Assembly: GCA_964572175.1 (NCBI GenBank)
Contig: CAZNEH010000001.1
Span: forward strand, 9,788 to 73,787
DNA length: 64,000 nucleotides
DNA from: an uncultured Gammaproteobacteria bacterium
GTDB lineage: Bacteria > Patescibacteriota > Patescibacteriia > UBA9570 > CAZNEH01
Direction: 5' to 3'
This document shows, piece after piece, positions 45,977 to 52,654 of the stretch. The first letter of the stretch is position 1. Each line of letters starts with the position of its first letter. The translations under genes and the position numbers were made by a program. A model generated the notes under the pieces. The model searched no databases and was not told where the DNA came from. It saw only the letters and a list, made by a program, of their open reading frames with translations.

Positions 45977-46036
45977 TTTTGACTAATTTGGGGTGGGGTG
46001 TTAAGGTTAAATTGAAAATAGTAACTTAGAACACTT

Positions 46037-46714
46037 ATGAAAAAATTATCCCTCGCGATCTTGGTATTAGCGTTTTTTGCGTTGACTATGCCAAGTAGCT
46101 CGTCCGCAGCTGTTAGAACTGTGACGACAATTAAAAAAGCTTCAGGTTTAAAAGCTGATATCTCCGCAGACTCTGATTCCAAACTTAGATGGACCAAGGT
46201 TTCCAAGACCAAGTATTATAAAGTTCAGCTTAAAAAGAAAAACGGTAAAAAAGTTAAGACTTGGACAAAGCGGAAAAAGAATTGGGTAAAGATTACGGAT
46301 AATGTAAAAGAGGGGAAGAAGTATAAGTATAGAGTGAGGGGTTGTAAAAAGAATAAATGTGGGAAGTGGTCGAAATATAAATATTTTAATACTAATGATT
46401 TAGTTGAAGAAACTGAAGAAGAGGTAGTTGTTAGTGAAGAGAGTAATGAACAATCAGAAGAGGTGGTTACTACGCCAGTAGTTGAGCCTACTCCAGATCC
46501 GACTCCTGATCCTGAGCCAACGCCTGAGCCGGAACCCACTCCTGAGCCAGAGCCAGTTAGCTATGAGTGTAGCGCAAATATTTATAATTGTAGTGACTTT
46601 AATTATCAGTCAGAGGCACAAGATGCTTATGAGCAGTGTTTAGCTGAAGTGGGGGATGATATTCATGATTTGGATAGGGATGGGAATGGGTTGGCTTGCG
46701 AGAGTTTAAAATAG
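46037..46714 (+). CDS. secreted protein: signal peptide, Lys-rich FN3-like domain, PEPTPEP linker, C-terminal Excalibur calcium-binding domain
   Basis: Driven by a promoter TTGACT-aatttggggtggggtgt-TAAGGT identical in style to the GC-rich cassettes, but the gene itself is low-GC. C-terminal CSDF...DRDGNGLACE matches the Excalibur motif. Confidence 0.7.
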   Translation: MKKLSLAILVLAFFALTMPSSSSAAVRTVTTIKKASGLKADISADSDSKLRWTKVSKTKYYKVQLKKKNGKKVKTWTKRKKNWVKITDNVKEGKKYKYRVRGCKKNKCGKWSKYKYFNTNDLVEETEEEVVVSEESNEQSEEVVTTPVVEPTPDPTPDPEPTPEPEPTPEPEPVSYECSANIYNCSDFNYQSEAQDAYEQCLAEVGDDIHDLDRDGNGLACESLK

Positions 46715-46719
46715 AAGAT

Positions 46720-47448
46720 ATGAAAAAAAATAAATTTGAAGATAATTTATTTTATAAAAATTTTTATGGTAAAAATGGTTTTTTAACCCCTATAATGATT
46801 AAAATGGTTAAGGAGGGGCGTGGAAAAGATTCTGTTAATTTAGAAAAAGATGAACAGTCTACAGTAGATTGTTTTAAATTAGTAAAAGAAATTGATTTAA
46901 AAATAAGAGATTTAAATTATTGTATATACTTGATTAAATATTATCCTAGTAATAAAAAATTACGAGATAATATAACTAGGCACGATTACATAATTTATCA
47001 TTTAGAATATTTTTATATAAATGTAGTAGCGTTATTTGATAGGATTTTAAAATTATCAAATTTTGTACATGACATTGGCTTGTCTGATAAATATGTTAAA
47101 TTAGATATTCTTATTACAAATAAGAAGATAAGTAAGCAGCACGTTAGTGCATTAAAAAAGTTCAATAAGTCGATAGAAGAAATAAGAGGTATACAAAATA
47201 ATATAAAGCACAAAGAAAAATTGAAAGACCCAGGAATAAAGAACGCACAGTTACTAGAGTCTCTTTATAGGGTTAATAATTTAGACAAAAAAAGTGCAGC
47301 ATACTTGGGTTCTAAAAAAGAGTATAATAAATATATAAAAGATAAAGTGCAAAAAATAAAAGAATTTAACGATACTATAGAAGTAGTAGTTTTTGATTTA
47401 GTCGATTCTTTTTACAGCACGTATGAATCTAATTTTATTAATAAGTAA
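46720..47448 (+). CDS. hypothetical protein
   Basis: ATG at 46720 preferred over the upstream TTG. No recognisable domain. Confidence 0.45.
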   Translation: MKKNKFEDNLFYKNFYGKNGFLTPIMIKMVKEGRGKDSVNLEKDEQSTVDCFKLVKEIDLKIRDLNYCIYLIKYYPSNKKLRDNITRHDYIIYHLEYFYINVVALFDRILKLSNFVHDIGLSDKYVKLDILITNKKISKQHVSALKKFNKSIEEIRGIQNNIKHKEKLKDPGIKNAQLLESLYRVNNLDKKSAAYLGSKKEYNKYIKDKVQKIKEFNDTIEVVVFDLVDSFYSTYESNFINK

Positions 47449-47454
47449 TTTTTC

Positions 47455-47709
47455 ATGCCCACATTCCGAGAAAAAGTACTAAAAGTAGTGTCTCAGATTA
47501 CGAAAGGGAAGGTTTTGACGTATAAGGAAGTAGCTAAGAAGGCGGGGAGTGCGGGAGCGTCGCGGGCAGTGGGGAATATCCTGAATAAAAATTACGATAA
47601 AAAAATACCCTGTCATAGGGTGGTTCGATCTGATGGGAAGATAGGTGGCTATAATCGAGGAGAGGCTAAGAAGAGAAATCTGTTAAAAGAAGAGGGAGTT
47701 ATCCTTTAG
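47455..47709 (+). CDS. ogt: methylated-DNA-protein-cysteine methyltransferase, DNA-binding/catalytic domain only (MGMT/Ogt C-terminal domain)
   Basis: Active-site PCHRVV motif with Cys retained. 84 aa. Helix-turn-helix-like region. Confidence 0.8.
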   Translation: MPTFREKVLKVVSQITKGKVLTYKEVAKKAGSAGASRAVGNILNKNYDKKIPCHRVVRSDGKIGGYNRGEAKKRNLLKEEGVIL

Positions 47710-47781
47710 TGTTTTAAATTTGACTAGGGATAGCGGAAAATGTTATCCTTTAAAAAAGGAAGTATATTAATTTAAAAAAAT

Positions 47782-47940
47782 ATGCCAACAGAAAAAACAA
47801 AAAAAGCCAAAAAGAGGCATCGTAGCTGCATTAGCGGCAAGTATGTTTCAAAAAGCTCAGTTAAGCGCCATCCTAAAAGAAGCGTATCTGAGGTTGCAAA
47901 GAAACGTAAAACTGCGACTAAGAAAAAAGCAAAAAAGTAA
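47782..47940 (+). CDS. small Lys-rich basic protein (52 aa, not in ORF track)
   Basis: MPTEKTKKAKKRHRSCISGKYVSKSSVKRHPKRSVSEVAKKRKTATKKKAKK. Followed by terminator hairpins. Confidence 0.4.
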   Translation: MPTEKTKKAKKRHRSCISGKYVSKSSVKRHPKRSVSEVAKKRKTATKKKAKK

Positions 47941-48012
47941 AACTACTAGAAAAAGAAAGAATTAAATAAGTGTTTAGTATACGGAGGGGAGGGCCGTCGG
48001 TGAGTTTTTTAT

Positions 48013-48039
48013 ACACAGGCTTTAAAGCCTGTTTTTTTA
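48013..48039 (+). terminator. rho-independent terminator
   Basis: ACAGGCTTTAAAGCCTGT plus T7. Confidence 0.75.
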
Positions 48040-48155
48040 TTATTTTATAGGGTGTTGAGCTTGTTTGTCGGTAGATGAGCCGTCGCGTTTTTTGTATTAA
48101 CAAAATTGAGAGGTAGTTTATAGTTAAAAGTGAATATAAAAATTTAATAAAAATT

Positions 48156-48965
48156 ATGAAAAAAGAAAAAATGAAAAGAAATAATAAGATAGTATTATTT
48201 CAAAGTAAAAAAATAAGGCGGGTTTGGCATAAAGAAGAATGGTATTATTCGGTTATTGATATCATTGATATTTTAACTGATAGCGCAAACTCAAGGGATT
48301 ATTGGTATCAAATGAAGAAAAGAGTTGGTGATGAAGAAAAAATTGAACTATCGACAATTTGTCGACAGTTGAAATTAAAGGCACTAGATGGAAAGATGAG
48401 ACTTACAGATTGTGCTAGCACAGAAGGAATTTTTAGGATTATTCAGTCAATTCCATCTCCTAAGGTCGAGCCATTTAAGAGATGGTTAGCTAAAGTTGGA
48501 AAAGAAAGATTAGACGAGATAGAGAATCCAGAACTAGCTCAAGAAAGAATGAAGAGAATATATGAACAAAAAGGATATTCTAAAGAATGGATTGATAAAC
48601 GATTAAGGGGAATTGCTATTAGACAGAATTTAACAGATGAGTGGAGAGAAAGAGGGGTTAAGAGACCTAATAATTACGCTATTTTAACAGCTGAGATTTC
48701 TAAGGCGACTTTTGGATTAACTCCAAGTGAATATAGAAGCGTAAAAGGATTAGATAAAAAGAATTTACGTGATTACATGACAGATCTTGAGTTAATATTT
48801 ACTATGTTAGGAGAAAGAGTGACGACGGAAATTTCTAGCCAAGAAAAACCAAAAAATATGCCGTCGCATAAAAAAGTTGCTAAGCGCGGAGGTGGCGTAG
48901 CTGGTAAGGCAAGAAAAGATACGGAAAAAGAATTAGGGCGAAGTGTTATTTCTGGAAATTTATAA
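48156..48965 (+). CDS. dinD: DinD-like DNA-damage-inducible protein (Bro-N/DinD family)
   Basis: N-terminal block KIRRVWHKEEWYYSVIDIIDILTDS and C-terminal block LTAEISKATFGLTPSEYRSVKGLDKKNLRDYMTDLELIFTMLGE align with E. coli DinD blocks recalled from memory. Confidence 0.55.
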   Translation: MKKEKMKRNNKIVLFQSKKIRRVWHKEEWYYSVIDIIDILTDSANSRDYWYQMKKRVGDEEKIELSTICRQLKLKALDGKMRLTDCASTEGIFRIIQSIPSPKVEPFKRWLAKVGKERLDEIENPELAQERMKRIYEQKGYSKEWIDKRLRGIAIRQNLTDEWRERGVKRPNNYAILTAEISKATFGLTPSEYRSVKGLDKKNLRDYMTDLELIFTMLGERVTTEISSQEKPKNMPSHKKVAKRGGGVAGKARKDTEKELGRSVISGNL

Positions 48966-49955
48966 TTCCAACTCATCATCCTGAAGCCTGTCATAAGCAC
49001 AACCAGCAGCAACGGTCATAGAATCTTCATCATAAATAGAGTTATCACCCTTGTAATCTTCCCAGTCTTCCATGTGCTGGAGGATTTTATCTTCGTATTC
49101 GTCTTTTAAGTCAGGGTCAAAATAGTTAAAGGGACATTCATACCCCTCACTAGAGGCGACCATTAACTCCACACGCCCAAGGCTAGAGGTCCAGGTGCCG
49201 GCGCGGCCGATGAAGTCGCCAGCTTTAACTTCGTCGCCTTCAGAAACTTGAAGACTTTTAACATGGTCTATGTAAACTTGAACATCATTGCCCTCATATT
49301 TATTAATAATCAACTCATAATCATTAGTTGAGTTTTGAAAGACAGCGCTTTGAATAGTTCCGTTTACAGGGGAGTAAACTCTAGCATTGGGGCCGGTGCG
49401 ATATTCAAAAGTAGGCAACATTTTATATCCTCCGCTGCCAGTGGGGACAACAGCGCCGAATTCGTAAAAAAGTTTGTCTTCGTTATAACCAGAGGCAAAG
49501 TCAAAGGCTCCGGCGCGGTCGGTTGTTGAGCTATATCGTTTAAAATTAACAATTAAATTTTTTACTACTGGGGGAGGGGTGTCAGTAGTGGCTCGTAGTT
49601 TTTCACTCCAAGGGCCACAATTAAGCTTAGTCCGGCAGGCGCGGGCTTTAAAATAATAAGTGTATCCAGGAGATAGGTTTTTTAAAGTTTTTTTATAATT
49701 ATTGTCTTTAGTCCGGTTTCTAGTTACCCATTTTAATTTTCCTGACCTTCTTTCACGATAAGTTTTAACTTGATAAAAGTTGACCCCACTGTCTGTTATT
49801 TTTTTCCAGCGAACAGTAATTTTTTTGTTATAAGTTTGTAAAACCCTAAATTGATCAATAGTAGGGATGCTATAATCAGGAACAGCCAGAGCTGGTTTTA
49901 AATTAACACACAAAAAAGACACTATAATTATAAGCGAAGAAATTATAATTTTCAT
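48960..49955 (-). CDS. secreted M23-family peptidase with N-terminal Lys-rich FN3-like domain
   Basis: Signal peptide. VYSPVNGTI...YIDHVKSLQVSEGDEVKAGDFIGRAG matches the LytM/M23 pattern. Confidence 0.7.
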   Translation of the reverse strand: MKIIISSLIIIVSFLCVNLKPALAVPDYSIPTIDQFRVLQTYNKKITVRWKKITDSGVNFYQVKTYRERRSGKLKWVTRNRTKDNNYKKTLKNLSPGYTYYFKARACRTKLNCGPWSEKLRATTDTPPPVVKNLIVNFKRYSSTTDRAGAFDFASGYNEDKLFYEFGAVVPTGSGGYKMLPTFEYRTGPNARVYSPVNGTIQSAVFQNSTNDYELIINKYEGNDVQVYIDHVKSLQVSEGDEVKAGDFIGRAGTWTSSLGRVELMVASSEGYECPFNYFDPDLKDEYEDKILQHMEDWEDYKGDNSIYDEDSMTVAAGCAYDRLQDDELEL

Positions 49956-49956
49956 T

Positions 49957-50457
49957 TTATTTTATGCTAATGATTTTGTATTCGATTTGGCGTCCGTTGA
50001 TGGTAACCTTAACTAAGTCACCTATTTTGTGTCCGAGTAGGGCAGAGCCAAGAGGTGAGGAGTGAGAAATAACGCCCTTGCCAGGATCAGTCTCAGCCGA
50101 GCCAAGGATTTGGAAAGTCGCTTCTTTATCGTTTACAGAAATAGTAACAGTGTGGCCGAGTTGGATAGAGTCAGTGTCAGTAGAGGCTTTGATAATAGTA
50201 ACATCTTTGAGCTGTTCTTCAATATCGTCGATAGCGCGGTTGAGTCCGCGGAGACGGGACTTTGCATTTTGGTATTCGGCGTTTTCGGAAAAGTCTCCGT
50301 TTTCTGCGGCGATTCGCATTTCTTTAATAGTGCGGGGGCGGGAAACCTTAATAATGTGCTCCAGTTTAGACTTGAGCTCGTCGTATTTTTCTTGGGTTAA
50401 ATTTTTGTCGTATTTTTTAACCGCGTATTTACCCGGTTTTCGATATGGTGTTTGCAT
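49957..50457 (-). CDS. greA: transcription elongation factor GreA
   Basis: N-terminal coiled-coil (EYQNAKSRLRGLNRAIDDIEEQL) and C-terminal FKBP-like domain. 166 aa. Confidence 0.85.
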   Translation of the reverse strand: MQTPYRKPGKYAVKKYDKNLTQEKYDELKSKLEHIIKVSRPRTIKEMRIAAENGDFSENAEYQNAKSRLRGLNRAIDDIEEQLKDVTIIKASTDTDSIQLGHTVTISVNDKEATFQILGSAETDPGKGVISHSSPLGSALLGHKIGDLVKVTINGRQIEYKIISIK

Positions 50458-50516
50458 AGGCCTATTATAGCAAATATGCTATAATAAATATATAGTTAAA
50501 AATTAAATATAAAAAT

Positions 50517-51191
50517 ATGAGTATTGGAATTTGGCCTTGGGTAGTCTTAGGACTAGGGTTGTTCGTAGGCTTTGTGGCCTTATTAGTAACTATTATTGTA
50601 GTTATTAAAATTAAAAAGTTTTTAGTGCCGATATTAATTTATCTGCCGTTTTTATTAGTTAGTTTAGTTTTAATTGGACTTTTTGTTTATCAAGTAGTGG
50701 TTTATTATGCCGATGATTACACAGATGATGATTGGTATTACAATTACAATACTAATACTGATTATGATTATAACTATAATACTAACACTAGTTATTATGA
50801 TGAATATGATTATTATGATGGGTTGGTAAAAAATACTGATTATGGATTTATTATCGACGTTGGAGCAGAGAATGAGATTAATTTTTGGGAAACTCCAGAG
50901 TATTATCCTTTAGAAGGGGTAACAGCCACTTATTATTATTGTTATCTGACAGATGACTATGATTATGAGGATTATTATTGTGGAACTGGCTGGGTAAATT
51001 CTTTTTCTATCCAAGTATATACTGAATCACAATGGCAGGTAGTTAGAGATTTGATAACTGGAACTTTAATGGGCCAAGATGGAGGATATTACTTTGTCTT
51101 AACTCATCCCAATGGTTTCTTACCGGATGATGTGCCAAGTACTCAAACATTTTATGATAGCGTAATTTATAGTATTGATTTTGCTGATTAA
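50517..51191 (+). CDS. membrane-anchored Tyr/Asn/Asp-rich low-complexity protein
   Basis: Two TM helices followed by YYADDYTDDDWYYNYNTNTDYDYNYNTNTSYYDEYDYYDG. Confidence 0.5.
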   Translation: MSIGIWPWVVLGLGLFVGFVALLVTIIVVIKIKKFLVPILIYLPFLLVSLVLIGLFVYQVVVYYADDYTDDDWYYNYNTNTDYDYNYNTNTSYYDEYDYYDGLVKNTDYGFIIDVGAENEINFWETPEYYPLEGVTATYYYCYLTDDYDYEDYYCGTGWVNSFSIQVYTESQWQVVRDLITGTLMGQDGGYYFVLTHPNGFLPDDVPSTQTFYDSVIYSIDFAD

Positions 51192-51702
51192 ACATAAAAG
51201 ACACAAAAGAGCTAAGAATTTAACTCTTAGAATAGAAGGCGATGGCCTAGTTGTAGTGACTAGGCCGTGGTTTGTGCCGAAAAAATTAGCTGAGATATTT
51301 TTTCAAGAACAGCGAGAGTGGATACAGAAAAAGATTGAAGACATGAAAAAGAGCCAGCGAGTGGTTTTAGGCGGTAGTAGAGAGCATTATTTAAAACACA
51401 AAGAAGAGGCTAGGCAGTTAATTTGTGAAAGGCTGGAATATTATAATCAATTTTATGGTTTTAAGTATCAGCGAGTGAGTGTGCGTAATCAAAAATCTAG
51501 ATGGGGGAGTTGTTCGCAAGATGGTAATTTAAACTTTAATTATAAGGTTCTATTCTTGACAAAAGAGGCTAGAGACTATATTGTAATCCATGAGCTTTGC
51601 CACTTAAAAGAACTGAATCATTCACATAGATTCTGGGCTTTAGTAGAGCAACAAGTGCCTAATTATAAACAATTAAGAAGAAAAATACGTGGAGTTGAGT
51701 AA
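51175..51702 (+). CDS. YgjP-like (DUF45/WLM) zinc metallohydrolase
   Basis: HELCHLKELNHSHRFW HExxH motif near the C-terminus. Confidence 0.7.
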   Translation: MILLIKHKRHKRAKNLTLRIEGDGLVVVTRPWFVPKKLAEIFFQEQREWIQKKIEDMKKSQRVVLGGSREHYLKHKEEARQLICERLEYYNQFYGFKYQRVSVRNQKSRWGSCSQDGNLNFNYKVLFLTKEARDYIVIHELCHLKELNHSHRFWALVEQQVPNYKQLRRKIRGVE

Positions 51703-52654
51703 ATTAGAAGAAGTATTAAAAGATGAGCCTAAGTTTCGTTTAAAACAAATAGACGAGGCGATTTATGATAAAGCAATTGCTGGCTGGGATGAAGCAACGA
51801 CTCTTAGTAAACCTCTGAGAGAGAAGTTGAAAAAAGAATGTCCTTTAGGAATTAAAGGAAAAATATTTAAATCTGAAGACGGGAAAACAGAAAAAGCATT
51901 AATTGGAAAGGTAGAAGCTGTATTAATGAAGCATAAAGATGGCCGAGCCACGGTTTGCGTTTCTTGCCAAGAAGGATGCCCAATGGGATGTAGTTTTTGT
52001 GCTACTGGTAAGATGGGATTTTGTCGAAATTTAACAGCTGAGGAAATGGTGAGCCAAGTTTTATTTTTTAAACGCCAAGGTGAAGATATTTCTAATGTCG
52101 TGTTTATGGGAATGGGTGAGCCGTTTTTAAATTATGATGAAGTTTTAAAAGCAGTAAGGATTTTAAATAGTAAGATGGGCTTAGGAGCGCGTCGGATTTC
52201 TATTTCTACTTGTGGAATTATTGACGGAATTAAAAAATTAGCTAAAGAGGATTTACAAGTTAATTTAGCTTTAAGTTTGCATGCTCCGAATAATAAATTA
52301 CGGAGTCAATTAATGCCGGTAAATAATCGTTATAGTTTAGACAAAGTTTTGTCTGCGATTAATGATTATATTAAGCGGACAAATCGTCGAGTAATGCTAG
52401 AGTATGTAATGCTTGATAAAGTAAATGATAGCGAAGAACATGCCAAGGAGTTGGCTTGGTTATTGAAAAATAGTTTAAGTGGTTTATACATGGTTAATTT
52501 GATTAATTATAATCAAACTGGAAAGTATAAGCCGTCTGAAAATATTGAAAAATTTAAAGAAGTCTTGGAGCAAGAACATGTTCCAGTGACTCGTAGATAT
52601 AGTTTTGGGCAAGATATTAAAGGGGCTTGCGGGCAACTTGCTACGAAGAAATAA
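51689..52654 (+). CDS. rlmN: 23S rRNA (adenine2503-C2)-methyltransferase RlmN (radical SAM)
   Basis: CVSCQEGCPMGCSFCATG radical-SAM cluster motif. C-terminal GACGQL. Confidence 0.85.
   Translation: MELSKLEEVLKDEPKFRLKQIDEAIYDKAIAGWDEATTLSKPLREKLKKECPLGIKGKIFKSEDGKTEKALIGKVEAVLMKHKDGRATVCVSCQEGCPMGCSFCATGKMGFCRNLTAEEMVSQVLFFKRQGEDISNVVFMGMGEPFLNYDEVLKAVRILNSKMGLGARRISISTCGIIDGIKKLAKEDLQVNLALSLHAPNNKLRSQLMPVNNRYSLDKVLSAINDYIKRTNRRVMLEYVMLDKVNDSEEHAKELAWLLKNSLSGLYMVNLINYNQTGKYKPSENIEKFKEVLEQEHVPVTRRYSFGQDIKGACGQLATKK

Larger units (their letters stand above)
42190..46010 (+). repeat. tandem array of nine GC-rich small-gene cassettes, seven carrying their own promoter, ribosome-binding site and terminator (candidate novel system)
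   Basis: Eight promoters TTGAC(A/T/C)-N17/18-TA(A/G)(G/A)(G/A)(T/C)T, six with GGGG(T)GGG in the spacer, start at 42192, 42904, 43433, 43928, 44519, 44877, 45188 and 45979. Three terminator families recur: GACCTATAT...ATATAGGTC, CCCCTG-N17-CAGGGG and CCCGCC...GGCGGG. GC content by eye is ~58-60% versus ~35% flanks. Confidence 0.7.

Noticed and set aside
42190-46010. GC-rich block as contaminating DNA or a chimeric contig join
   Set aside because: The same TTGAC-N17-TAAGGT (G-tract) promoter drives the low-GC, native-looking Excalibur gene at 46037. Identical cassette architecture also occurs at three other isolated sites flanked on both sides by AT-rich host genes.
42190-46010. CRISPR array or integron cassette array
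   Set aside because: The repeats are promoters and terminators of unequal spacing (210-520 bp units) enclosing ORFs, not 25-40-bp direct repeats with uniform spacers. There are no attC-like sites and no intI. The two integrases in the window belong to the tRNA island 35 kb away.
43393-46212. Antisense or alternative-frame ORFs inside the GC-rich array (43393..43713-, 43965..44348-, 44524..44850-, 44565..44792-, 44774..45136-, 45282..45578-, 45326..45544-, 45859..46212-, 43072..43458+, 42332..42628+, 43928..44221+, 45275..45934+ upstream part)
   Set aside because: High GC suppresses stop codons in all frames. These lack ribosome-binding sites and promoters, run through terminator hairpins, and overlap the ORFs that do have AGGGAGG ribosome-binding sites and the paralogous conservation.
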